IMG/VR virus record: IMGVR_UViG_3300038318_000020
Location: 1 to 26,064 of that record
Reading direction: 5' to 3' (one strand)
DNA: 26,064 nt
Source: a virus
Taxonomy: Duplodnaviria > Caudoviricetes
Within the stretch, counting starts at the first letter, position 1, and each line of letters begins with the position of its first letter. Of this stretch, positions 1 through 8,219 are shown piece after piece. The notes beneath the pieces are model-generated. The model was not told the DNA's origin and did not search any database. It was given only the letters and a program-made list of their open reading frames with translations. The position numbers and the translations under genes are program-made.

Positions 1-22
1 TACTGATGTATTTGACGTTTAA
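1..22 (+). CDS. 3' end of an upstream gene (...TDVFDV*), truncated by the window edge
   Basis: Open frame act gat gta ttt gac gtt taa followed by a hairpin; too short to identify. Confidence 0.4.
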
Positions 23-28
23 AGAATA

Positions 29-62
29 AAGGGGGAGCTGAGATATGTTCCCCTTAATTTTA
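29..62 (+). terminator. possible hairpin/terminator after the upstream gene
   Basis: aagggg(g)agc...gttcccctt imperfect inverted repeat followed by aatttt. Confidence 0.35.
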
Positions 63-78
63 AAAGTAAGGTGATTAA

Positions 79-213
79 ATGTTCCCAAAATTAAAAAAGA
101 AAAATAATCAATGCGAAAATTGCAATGAATATAAAAATAATAAATGCAAAAGAATAGGTACTAATGGTCAAATAGGCATCTGCTGGATGGAAAAATCAGA
201 AGGGGAATATTAA
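79..213 (+). CDS. small Cys-rich hypothetical protein (44 aa, MFPKLKKKNNQCENCNEY...)
   Basis: Hand-translated; AAGGTGA RBS before ATG 79; CxxC plus two further Cys; below the ORF-track cutoff. Confidence 0.6.
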   Translation: MFPKLKKKNNQCENCNEYKNNKCKRIGTNGQIGICWMEKSEGEY

Positions 214-234
214 ATAAAAAAGTAGGTGATAAAT

Positions 235-1953
235 GTGTTATTTTACGATTTTGAAGTTTTCACGCACGATTGGTTAGTTGTAATTATGGATACAGATACT
301 CATAAAACAAGCCATATTATAAACGATAGGAAGGCTCTTATAAGTTTTTATGAACAACACAAGGATAATATATGGTGCGGATATAATTCACGCTCATATG
401 ACCAATATATCTTAAAATCCATATTATTAGACTTCAATCCCAAAGAAGTTAATGACTGGATTATTAAAGACCATAAACCTGCATGGCAGTATTCTTCATT
501 ATTTAATAAAATACAATTATTTAACTATGATGTTATGACAGATAGAGGTCATTCATTAAAACAGCTTGAAGGCTTCTTAGGTAACAATATCAAAGAAACA
601 TCAGTGCCATTTGATATTGATAGAAAATTAACTGCTGCTGAGATTCAGGAAACAATAAAATATTGTACATCTGATGTAATGAATACAATAAATGTTTTTA
701 TTCAGCGTAAAGAAGAATTTACATCACAAATGTCATTAATAAAAACATTCAATTTACCACTTCAATATATAGGTAAAACTAAGCCGCAGCTATCAGCAAT
801 AATTCTTGGAGCCTCAAGACGTGAATATAATGATGAATTTGATATTACTATACCTGATACACTTAAAATTAAAAAATATCAATATATAGTTGATTGGTAT
901 AAGAATCCTGAAAACAGAAACTATGAAAAATCACTTGAAACAGAAGTTGCAGGAGTACCTCATATATTTGCCTGGGGCGGTGTTCATGGGGCAATAGAAA
1001 AATACAAAGGTGAAGGACTATTCATAAATTGTGATGTCCAGTCATTGTATCCAAGCATAATGATTGAATATGGTTATCTCTCACGTAATGTATCTGAACC
1101 AAAGAAATACGCTGAAATTAAAAGGACCAGATTAAAACTTAAAAAAGAAAAAAATCCAATGCAGGCACCTTATAAAATTGTACTCAATAGTACCTATGGA
1201 GCTATGAAAGATAAATATAATCAGCTGTATGATCCTTTGATGGCAAATAACGTATGCATAACAGGACAACTTTTATTACTGGATCTTATAGAACACATAG
1301 AACCATATTGTAAGTTGATTCAAAGTAACACGGATGGATTATTTTTAAAAGTTAATTCTGAAGATGATATAAAAATAATTCAGGGAGTAGCTCATGAATG
1401 GGAAATAAGAACACGCTTAAACCTTGAATGGGATACATTTTCAAAGATATTTCAGAAAGATGTTAATAACTATGTAGTCATTCATGAAGACGGCAGCTAT
1501 AAAAGTAAAGGTGCTTATGTTAAAAAACTTTCAACACTGGATAATGACTTACCAATAGTAAACCGAAGTTTGATTGATTATTTCACAAAAGGAATACCAG
1601 TTCAGGAGACTATAAATAATTGTAATGATTTATTACAATTTCAGAAAGTAGTTAAAGCTTCATCAAAATATAAATGTGCTATGTATGGAAATACAATACT
1701 GAATGAAAGATGTTTACGAGTCTTCGCTTCGAGGTCCAGAAATGATAAAGGAGTATATAAACTTAAATCAGAAGATAAAAATCCAGAAAAGTTTGCAGGT
1801 ACTCCTGAAAGATGTTTCATTTTAAATGGTGACATTAAAGGAAAAAGAATTCCAAGAAAATTAGACAGGGATTGGTATATAAAAGTGGCTAAGAAAAGAT
1901 TAAAAGATTTTACAGGCATTGAGGACCAAATAAACATGTGGGAGTTGATTTAA
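235..1953 (+). CDS. family B DNA polymerase with 3'-5' exonuclease domain
   Basis: Exo I YDFE, Exo II YNSRSYDQ, Exo III YCTSD; polymerase motifs DVQSLYPS, KIVLNSTYG, NTDG. GTG 235 is preferred to 226 because of the AGGTG RBS at 224-228. Confidence 0.92.
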   Translation: MLFYDFEVFTHDWLVVIMDTDTHKTSHIINDRKALISFYEQHKDNIWCGYNSRSYDQYILKSILLDFNPKEVNDWIIKDHKPAWQYSSLFNKIQLFNYDVMTDRGHSLKQLEGFLGNNIKETSVPFDIDRKLTAAEIQETIKYCTSDVMNTINVFIQRKEEFTSQMSLIKTFNLPLQYIGKTKPQLSAIILGASRREYNDEFDITIPDTLKIKKYQYIVDWYKNPENRNYEKSLETEVAGVPHIFAWGGVHGAIEKYKGEGLFINCDVQSLYPSIMIEYGYLSRNVSEPKKYAEIKRTRLKLKKEKNPMQAPYKIVLNSTYGAMKDKYNQLYDPLMANNVCITGQLLLLDLIEHIEPYCKLIQSNTDGLFLKVNSEDDIKIIQGVAHEWEIRTRLNLEWDTFSKIFQKDVNNYVVIHEDGSYKSKGAYVKKLSTLDNDLPIVNRSLIDYFTKGIPVQETINNCNDLLQFQKVVKASSKYKCAMYGNTILNERCLRVFASRSRNDKGVYKLKSEDKNPEKFAGTPERCFILNGDIKGKRIPRKLDRDWYIKVAKKRLKDFTGIEDQINMWELI

Positions 1954-2109
1954 ATGTTAGATGAAATTAGTTATAACGTGGCTGAAGTTATTCCTTATAG
2001 AAGTTTCAAAGAGAAAATTCAAATTGTATTGGAAGAGTTATTAAAAGGTAAGTATGTAGAGGTTTGGGACAAGTTTATTTATTCAGCGGGGAAGTGGAAC
2101 TATGAATAG
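1954..2109 (+). CDS. hypothetical protein (51 aa, MLDEISYNVAEVIPY...)
   Basis: Hand-translated; ATG directly after the polymerase stop, GGGAG RBS upstream, overlaps the next start. Confidence 0.6.
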   Translation: MLDEISYNVAEVIPYRSFKEKIQIVLEELLKGKYVEVWDKFIYSAGKWNYE

Positions 2110-2296
2110 ATATTGGGAAAATCAATCAGGAATATATGATCCAACAGCTGCAGAAGTGATAAAAAATGAAAGTAAAAGAAATAAGGAAATACACGATACT
2201 ATAAATCAGATTAAAAACATTTTAAAAGATAAGGATTTACTACTCATTGAACGTATTGCTATTAAAGATAAGCAAACTAAAAAGGTATATAAGTAG
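2102..2296 (+). CDS. small phage hypothetical protein (64 aa)
   Basis: Tightly packed in the operon; N-terminal NxSGxYDPTA pattern of the kind seen in small Firmicute phage proteins. Confidence 0.7.
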   Translation: MNRYWENQSGIYDPTAAEVIKNESKRNKEIHDTINQIKNILKDKDLLLIERIAIKDKQTKKVYK

Positions 2297-2306
2297 GTGA
2301 AAAAAT

Positions 2307-4169
2307 TTGTTTAAAGGATATATACCAACAAAAGGCAAGCGACCAACTGAATCCATTAAGGGTAGGACAAGTTTCTACCCTTTGGATGAAGTAGAACATT
2401 TACAAAGTTATGGAGGAATTCTTAAAGATGATGTAATTATGGTTGATTCAGATGATGGAAAAGAATCGGAAATATTATATAAAATTGTCCAGGATTTAAA
2501 AATTCAATGCAATATTTTAAAAACTACTAGAGGTAAACATTTTTATTTTAAAAATACTAATATTAAATCAAACAAAATAGGAAATCAATGTCCTTTATCA
2601 CTAACTTTAGATTATAAACTAGGAACTAGAAATACAGTAGTACCTTTGAAAGTTAATGGTACTGAGCGGAAATGGTTACAAGAAGTTAATACCATGGATC
2701 CTTTACCAATATGGTTAAAACCTATAGGAAAAAATATAATTGATTTTTCTACACTTGGGGAAGGGGACGGAAGAAACCAAACACTATTTAATTATATTTT
2801 AAAACTTCAATCAGAAGGTTTATCTACGGACGATATTCGTACTACTATCAGAATTATAAACAAGTATATCCTGGAGGATCCTTTACCTGAAAGAGAACTG
2901 GAAACAATTTTAAGAGATGAAGCTTTTCAAAAACCAGTATTTTTTAAAAAAGGTACATTACTTCATGATAAGTTTGCTGAATATCTGAAAAATGAAGAAA
3001 ATATTATCAAGATTAATGGAATACTTCATATTTACAAGGATGGAATTTATACATTTGACCAAGTGGAAATTGAAAAGGCTATGATTAAATATATCCCTAT
3101 TCTAAAAAGAAGTCAAAGAAATGAAGTATTATCGTACTTAGAACTTATAGCAGAAGAAAAAGAATTATCAAATGTAGATTATATTGTATTAGAAAATGGC
3201 CTTTACAATATTAAAACAGATAAATTAATTGACTTTACCCCTGATTATATAGCTAAAAATAAAATACCTGTGAATTATAATCATGAAGCTTACAATAAAT
3301 CAATGGATAAAACTCTTAATAAAATAGCTTGCAATGATAAACAACTGCGTCAGCTGCTAGAAGAAATGATTGGATATACACTTTTAAGACGTAATGAATT
3401 AGGTAAATGTTTTATATTAGTTGGGCAAGGCAGTAATGGTAAATCCACACTTTTGGATGTAATAAAATATTTTTTAGGTGATGATAATATCTCTTCAATA
3501 TCCTTAGAAGAGTTAGGTCAAAGGTTCAAAACAGCTGAACTTTATGGAAAATTAGCTAATATTGGTGATGATATTTCATCTAAATATATGGAAGATAATG
3601 CGATATTTAAGAAATTAGTTACTGGTGAAACAGTGAACGTAGAGAGAAAAGGTAAGGACCCATTTGATTTTAATAATTACAGTAAATTAATTTTTAGTGC
3701 TAATGAAGTGCCTAGAATAAATGACACATCAGATGGGTTAATGAGGAGGCTTGTAATAGTGCCTTTCAATGCCAAGTTTAGCAGTAAAGACGCTGACTTT
3801 GACCCCTTCATAAAAGATAAATTACTTACAGATGAAGGTATGCAATACTTATTAAATATAGCAATAGAAGGACTAAAAAGAGTTATTAAAAATAATGGAT
3901 TTACAGAAGTTTCATCAGTTGAAGAAGAAATAAAGGAATATGAGAAAAGAAATAATCCTGTAGTGGCTTTTTTAGAAGAGAATGAGATTGAGGGTAACAC
4001 AGTAGAAGAAACATATTTAAGATATTCAACTTGGTGTATTGAAAATGGTTTAAAAGCATTGAGTAAAAATATGTTTGGAAGGGAAGTTAAAAAACAAGGG
4101 TTTAATTCAGATGAAACTATAAGAAATGAAGATGGAAAACAAAAAAGAATATATAGGAGAAATGAATAA
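2307..4169 (+). CDS. primase-helicase (prim-pol + PriCT + D5/P4-type SF3 helicase)
   Basis: DSD and RGKHFYF prim-pol motifs, EGDGRNQTLF PriCT start, Walker A GQGSNGKS, Walker B ANIGDD, motif C IFSAN. Confidence 0.9.
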   Translation: MFKGYIPTKGKRPTESIKGRTSFYPLDEVEHLQSYGGILKDDVIMVDSDDGKESEILYKIVQDLKIQCNILKTTRGKHFYFKNTNIKSNKIGNQCPLSLTLDYKLGTRNTVVPLKVNGTERKWLQEVNTMDPLPIWLKPIGKNIIDFSTLGEGDGRNQTLFNYILKLQSEGLSTDDIRTTIRIINKYILEDPLPERELETILRDEAFQKPVFFKKGTLLHDKFAEYLKNEENIIKINGILHIYKDGIYTFDQVEIEKAMIKYIPILKRSQRNEVLSYLELIAEEKELSNVDYIVLENGLYNIKTDKLIDFTPDYIAKNKIPVNYNHEAYNKSMDKTLNKIACNDKQLRQLLEEMIGYTLLRRNELGKCFILVGQGSNGKSTLLDVIKYFLGDDNISSISLEELGQRFKTAELYGKLANIGDDISSKYMEDNAIFKKLVTGETVNVERKGKDPFDFNNYSKLIFSANEVPRINDTSDGLMRRLVIVPFNAKFSSKDADFDPFIKDKLLTDEGMQYLLNIAIEGLKRVIKNNGFTEVSSVEEEIKEYEKRNNPVVAFLEENEIEGNTVEETYLRYSTWCIENGLKALSKNMFGREVKKQGFNSDETIRNEDGKQKRIYRRNE

Positions 4170-4180
4170 TTTGTGACTAA

Positions 4181-4402
4181 TTGTTACAACTTGTTACAGA
4201 TATCTGTAACACGATTAAGATTAGCAATATCAATGGTTATAAGATTATTGTTACAGATGTTACAGATATTTTAACTTCTTAGTATTTAATCATAATGAGT
4301 AAGTTCAATATGAATATATTACCTTATATATATATATAGGAAATCTGTAACAAAAACACCTAAAAAACATGTTCAAGTGTAGTAAAATCAATTGTTACAG
4401 AT
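4181..4402. repeat. TGTTACA(GAT) direct and inverted repeats; candidate replication origin
   Basis: Copies at 4182, 4192, 4249, 4258, 4393 (+) and 4202, 4343 (-); perfect 20-bp palindrome 4192-4211; (TA)n tract ~4325-4338; lies just downstream of the primase-helicase. Confidence 0.7.
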
Positions 4403-4428
4403 TTTTTAAAAAAAAGGAGGAGTTTATA

Positions 4429-5520
4429 ATGAAAATTAAAATATGTGCTAGAGATTTACAAAATATGTTAAAAACTGCAAAAGGTTTACAACTTAATAAA
4501 TTAGATATTGATATTCAAAAAGGTTTACAACTTAATAAATTAGATATTGATATTCAAAAAGGTTTATTAATAAAAAACGACACTCTAATCATGAACAACC
4601 TTCATACTCAATTAGAATCAAAATTTTATGTAGATGTAATAGAGCCAGGAGAAACATTGATTCCAGAACCTACACTTAAAATGATAGAAAATTTTAAATC
4701 AGGTTCAATAACAATAACAGAAAATACCATCACTCATGGCAGTAAAGAATTAAAATATATGCCTGGGTCAATAGAGGATTTTTATACAATAAATGATGAA
4801 ATATCTTATGAATTATTTACAGTTAAAGAATCGGAATTAAGCCATTTATTAGAAGCAAATTATGCAACATGTAATGATATAACTAGACCTGCATTACAAG
4901 GAATTGAAATAAGAGAAAACAAATTCATAGCATTGAATGAATATTATTTAAGTGTTAGACAAGGTAACTTCACTTGCAATGAAAAAATTTTAATATCTCC
5001 AGGGGTTTGGAAATTACTTTTAAAAGTATTAGATAAAAAATCAGATAACATTGTTAAAGTATCTTGGGATAAAGACAAATTAGTAAAATTTGAATTTGAA
5101 GATTTTACAGTCAAAGGTAATTTGTATAAAAATCATCTAATGGATGTGAAAAAAATAATACGTGATTATCATTCAACAGAAATAACATTAGAAGCTAATA
5201 AATTAATAGAATCATTAAAATTAATGGACAAGTTGACTAAAGAAGAACAATTAATTTTATTATCATTTACTGATAATAAATTAGAAATAAAAACTAAAAC
5301 GGATATGAATATAATGACAGATGAAATTGAAATATCTAAAATGGGTGAAGATGTTAACATTGCATTTAATATTAAATATTTATTGGCAGTAGTAAATCAA
5401 TATAAGAAAGAAAATGTAAAAGTAGAATTAAAAGGTCCTTATAATTCTATGATATTTAGAGGAGAAAATAAATTAGATTTAGTATTACCTGTACGATTAC
5501 CTGAAGACTATGGGTGGTAA
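4429..5520 (+). CDS. dnaN: phage-encoded DNA polymerase III beta sliding clamp homolog
   Basis: ~363 aa; VIEPGETLIP, TRPALQGI, IAFNIKYLL and C-terminal LVLPVR match beta-clamp motifs; AGGAGG RBS supports ATG 4429 rather than 4369. Confidence 0.82.
   Translation: MKIKICARDLQNMLKTAKGLQLNKLDIDIQKGLQLNKLDIDIQKGLLIKNDTLIMNNLHTQLESKFYVDVIEPGETLIPEPTLKMIENFKSGSITITENTITHGSKELKYMPGSIEDFYTINDEISYELFTVKESELSHLLEANYATCNDITRPALQGIEIRENKFIALNEYYLSVRQGNFTCNEKILISPGVWKLLLKVLDKKSDNIVKVSWDKDKLVKFEFEDFTVKGNLYKNHLMDVKKIIRDYHSTEITLEANKLIESLKLMDKLTKEEQLILLSFTDNKLEIKTKTDMNIMTDEIEISKMGEDVNIAFNIKYLLAVVNQYKKENVKVELKGPYNSMIFRGENKLDLVLPVRLPEDYGW
4479..4566 (+). repeat. perfect 39-bp in-frame tandem duplication (KGLQLNKLDIDIQ x2)
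   Basis: 4479-4517 equals 4518-4556, followed by a third AAAAGGTTTA at 4557-4566. Confidence 0.95.
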
Positions 5521-5535
5521 TTAGGAGGATAAAAT

Positions 5536-5964
5536 ATGAATTATAAAAAAGCAGAATGGTTATTATATAATTACAAAAAATTAAAAGCTGAGATTAAAAA
5601 TATAGAAATTGAAATAGAAGATATAAAAAATACTTATGTTGGAGTAAGTGCAATTGATACTAGTCAAGAAAGTACAAGTGAAACGAATAAAATATCTTCT
5701 ACAGTGGAAAATGAAGTATTAGATAAAGAACGAAGAATTGAATATTTGGAATCAATTAAGTCCAGTAAGGAAAATCAAATAAAAAAAGTGGACAATGCTT
5801 TGGAAATATTAACCGAAGAGGATAGGAAACTTATTGAATTAAGATACTTTGAACGAGTACCTAATTATAAAGTGGCCCAAAGGTTTAACATGACAGAGGA
5901 GGGCTGTAGTGCTAGAAAAAGAAGAATAATAGAAAACATTAAAGATATTTTAATTTTAGATTAA
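5536..5964 (+). CDS. RinA/ArpU-like late transcriptional activator (C-terminal sigma region 4-like HTH)
   Basis: AEWLLYNY N-terminus, ISSTVENEV, ALEILTEEDRKLIELRYF; position just before the packaging module. Confidence 0.8.
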   Translation: MNYKKAEWLLYNYKKLKAEIKNIEIEIEDIKNTYVGVSAIDTSQESTSETNKISSTVENEVLDKERRIEYLESIKSSKENQIKKVDNALEILTEEDRKLIELRYFERVPNYKVAQRFNMTEEGCSARKRRIIENIKDILILD

Positions 5965-5982
5965 AACAAGGTTAATTATAAG

Positions 5983-5991
5983 TGGTAATAT
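5983..5991 (+). promoter_or_regulatory. candidate late promoter (extended -10 TGgTAATAT, no consensus -35)
   Basis: Directly downstream of the activator gene, where RinA/ArpU-dependent promoters usually lie. Confidence 0.35.
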
Positions 5992-6027
5992 GATAGTAAG
6001 TAAAAAAGATATAGTCGAGCAGGAACG

Positions 6028-6078
6028 GTCAATAACCACACGCTTAAAAGCGTGGGCTTCCTTTTGACGCTTGTGTGA
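6028..6078 (-). mobile_element. minimal IS200/IS605-family end remnant (PATE-like)
   Basis: GTCAATAACC-a-CACGCTT-aa-AAGCGTG-GGCTTC...GTGA; on the - strand reads TCAC|...GAAGCC-hairpin-GGTTATTGAC, resembling fused left and right ends of tnpB/iscB elements; no transposase present. Confidence 0.55.
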
Positions 6079-6086
6079 GAAGAGGT

Positions 6087-6230
6087 TTGAAGATAGAAAA
6101 AACAATTAAAGCGCAGCAGCCAGAAGTTTATAAGCAGTTAAAGAAGGAGAGAAAAGAGAACCTTTCCTCTAATTATATAGAAAAGCTTATGGAAAATAAT
6201 AAAGGCGTAGATGAAAAAAAATGCAGATGA
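6087..6230 (+). CDS. hypothetical protein (47 aa, MKIEKTIKAQQPEVYKQLKK...)
   Basis: Hand-translated TTG..TGA frame; purine-rich upstream region; start codon uncertain. Confidence 0.5.
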   Translation: MKIEKTIKAQQPEVYKQLKKERKENLSSNYIEKLMENNKGVDEKKCR

Positions 6231-6286
6231 GTTATTAATTTATCATATAATCTTTATCTCCTTCATAAAATTATTAAAAGAATTAG

Positions 6287-6313
6287 AGAGCTCTTAATAG
6301 GGCTCTTTTGTTT
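6287..6313 (+). terminator. intrinsic terminator
   Basis: AGAGCTCT-taat-AGGGCTCT stem followed by TTTGTTT. Confidence 0.55.
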
Positions 6314-6344
6314 ATGTTTGTTCGTGACGAGATGAGGTGATCGA

Positions 6345-6662
6345 ATGGCAAGAGACTTTTCTAAAAAGTTTTATAACAGCAAGGAATGGAAGAAGTGTAG
6401 GGAAGGATATAAACAATCAGTCAATGGGTTATGTGAAAGATGTCTAGCTAATGGCAAGTATGTACCAGGGGAAGAAGTACATCATAAAACATATCTAACA
6501 CCAGAGAATATAAACAATCCAGATATAACTTTAAACTGGGATAGATTAGAATTACTTTGTGCGACTTGTCATAGCATTGAGCATAATAGAGTGGAGAAGG
6601 AAGTAGTACGAGAAGGGCTAAGGTTTGACAACTTAGGTAATTTGGTAGAGGATAAAGGATAA
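6345..6662 (+). CDS. packaging-associated HNH endonuclease (HK97 gp74-like)
   Basis: FYNSKEWK, LCERC, EEVHH, LLCATCHSIEH; 105 aa; upstream of terS as in cos phages. Confidence 0.88.
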   Translation: MARDFSKKFYNSKEWKKCREGYKQSVNGLCERCLANGKYVPGEEVHHKTYLTPENINNPDITLNWDRLELLCATCHSIEHNRVEKEVVREGLRFDNLGNLVEDKG

Positions 6663-6665
6663 ATA

Positions 6666-6674
6666 TGATATAAT
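6666..6674 (+). promoter_or_regulatory. extended -10 sigma-A promoter (TGaTATAAT)
   Basis: Consensus match; predicted +1 at G6681 coincides with the start of the structured leader. Confidence 0.7.
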
Positions 6675-6680
6675 ATATAT

Positions 6681-6772
6681 GTGGGATAGACCGACGGGTC
6701 GAAAGCAAGGTATTCCGAACCTTGTTTCCCACTACATATAAAATCGGGCAACACTACGGAGGTGTATTTATT
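6681..6772 (+). ncRNA. structured leader RNA, copy 1 (three-way junction plus RBS hairpin)
   Basis: P1 GTGGGA/TCCCAC, P2 GACC/GGTC, P3 AGCAAGG/CCTTGTT with loop TATTCCGAA; downstream TCGGGCAA and ACACTACGGAGGTGTATTT shared with copy 2. Confidence 0.7.
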
Positions 6773-7660
6773 ATGGATAAAAAAGAAAAGATGAACAAGA
6801 TTGTAGAGTTGTACAAGCAGGGTAAGGGTGCAAGATTAATTTCTAAAGAATTAAATATACCTAAAACAACAGTTCAACGTTATTTGAAAAAATCTAATAT
6901 TGAAATAAGAAAACATAGAAATAAAAAATTAACTGATGCAGAGGTAAAAGAGATAATAGATAAGAAGTATCCTGATTTTCAATATGTAGGTGGCTATACC
7001 AATGGGCATGGCAAAATGGTTATACAATGTAAAACTTGTGGATATAAGTTTGCATATACTACTGAGGTAATAAGACCAAGTAGAGATGTAGATATCCAGT
7101 GTGGTAACTGCAATGAAACAATCAAATTAAGAGATAGATTGACAAACATATTAAATAAATTATATACAGAACAGATGAGAATAATAAATAAAGAGCAAAG
7201 CATGACAATAACTGAGGAAGTGGAAAGTTTAAAGAGAATTGCAAAGAAACACAAATATTATTTAGAATGTGAAGAATGTGGCAGAATGTATTTTACTAAT
7301 AGAAATGATACTAAAACTTGCAGCAAAAGGTGTATCAATAAAAGAAATAATAGAATAAAAGAAATAAATAGGAGAAAAATCATAAAAGAAAACGGAGGGA
7401 TAGATTGGGATATAACATTGGACAAGTTAATTGAAAGAGATAAAAACATATGCTATATATGTAATGGTGAATGTAATAAGGAAGATTATATATTGGATAA
7501 AGATAATAACTTTATAGTTGGTTCTGATTATCCAAGTATAGATCATGTAATACCAATAAGTAAAGGTGGGACTCATACATGGGACAACGTAAGGTTAGCA
7601 CACCATCATTGTAATAGTATAAAAAAGGATAGTATAGTAAATGAAGGTGAAACAGGATAA
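6773..7660 (+). CDS. free-standing HNH homing-endonuclease-like protein (HTH + Zn ribbons + C-terminal HNH)
   Basis: GKGARLISKELNIPKTTVQRYL HTH; several CxxC pairs; SIDHVIPISKGGTHTWDNVRLAHHHCNSIK. GGAGGTG RBS supports ATG 6773. Confidence 0.88.
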   Translation: MDKKEKMNKIVELYKQGKGARLISKELNIPKTTVQRYLKKSNIEIRKHRNKKLTDAEVKEIIDKKYPDFQYVGGYTNGHGKMVIQCKTCGYKFAYTTEVIRPSRDVDIQCGNCNETIKLRDRLTNILNKLYTEQMRIINKEQSMTITEEVESLKRIAKKHKYYLECEECGRMYFTNRNDTKTCSKRCINKRNNRIKEINRRKIIKENGGIDWDITLDKLIERDKNICYICNGECNKEDYILDKDNNFIVGSDYPSIDHVIPISKGGTHTWDNVRLAHHHCNSIKKDSIVNEGETG

Positions 7661-7680
7661 TTGAAGATGATTACATAATT

Positions 7681-7710
7681 AGACAAGGCTATTTGCTTTG
7701 TCTTTTTTAT
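7681..7710 (+). terminator. intrinsic terminator closing the HNH cassette
   Basis: AGACAAGGC-tattt-GCTTTGTCT followed by a T-run. Confidence 0.65.
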
Positions 7711-7734
7711 GCAAGTTAGTAATTGCAACGAGCA

Positions 7735-7830
7735 TAGTCCCCCCTTATTTTTTATTGGGTATCGGCTGAGTGAATACCAACTGTGCACCTTCATTTAACA
7801 CACGGGAGGTTCCCACATAACCCCCACCCT
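7735..7830. other. candidate cos region
   Basis: Non-coding, relatively GC-rich stretch bounded by C-runs between the HNH genes and terS; positional inference only, cut site not identifiable. Confidence 0.3.
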
Positions 7831-7850
7831 AAAAAAGGCAGGTGAAAGAT

Positions 7851-8219
7851 ATGAGTAAAAAGAAAGAAATAGATAAAGATAGATTGGTTAATAACGAAAT
7901 AAATAGACTTACTAAATTATTCAAAGACATAGACAGAAACAAAAGGTTAACTGCTAAAGGACTAATTGAAGAGGCTGCATATATGAAAATAACTCTGCAA
8001 GAATTAAAAGTCGAAATAGATAAACATGGGCCAATAGATGAAATGCCACAAGGCGAATACTCTATCCTTCGAGAACATCCTGCTTTAAAAAGTTATAATA
8101 CTATGGTGCAGAGATATACAAACATTATAGATAAATTAATCAATTTGCATCCTAAAGAATCAGAGGTGGTGGAGGAAGATGACAGTTTCGAAGACTTCAT
8201 TAATTCTAGAGCCGACTAA
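7851..8219 (+). CDS. terS: terminase small subunit (P27-like)
   Basis: LIEEAAYM, EHPALKSYNTM, acidic C-terminus; precedes and overlaps terL. AGGTG RBS favours ATG 7851 over GTG 7842. Confidence 0.8.
   Translation: MSKKKEIDKDRLVNNEINRLTKLFKDIDRNKRLTAKGLIEEAAYMKITLQELKVEIDKHGPIDEMPQGEYSILREHPALKSYNTMVQRYTNIIDKLINLHPKESEVVEEDDSFEDFINSRAD

Noticed and set aside
4181-4402. CRISPR array
   Set aside because: Repeats are 7-11 bp, in mixed orientation and irregularly spaced; no cas genes.
4369-4428. Longer start for the clamp gene
   Set aside because: It overlaps the ori repeats; AGGAGG points to ATG 4429.
6681-6732. Leader RNA as a tRNA or hammerhead ribozyme
   Set aside because: It has only three stems, no anticodon arm or canonical T-loop, and no CUGANGA core.
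6722-6772. N-terminal extensions of the 6722 and 11184 ORFs, both ending GGVF(I/V)M
   Set aside because: The shared peptide is just the translation of the conserved RBS region; the true starts are ATG 6773 and 11271.
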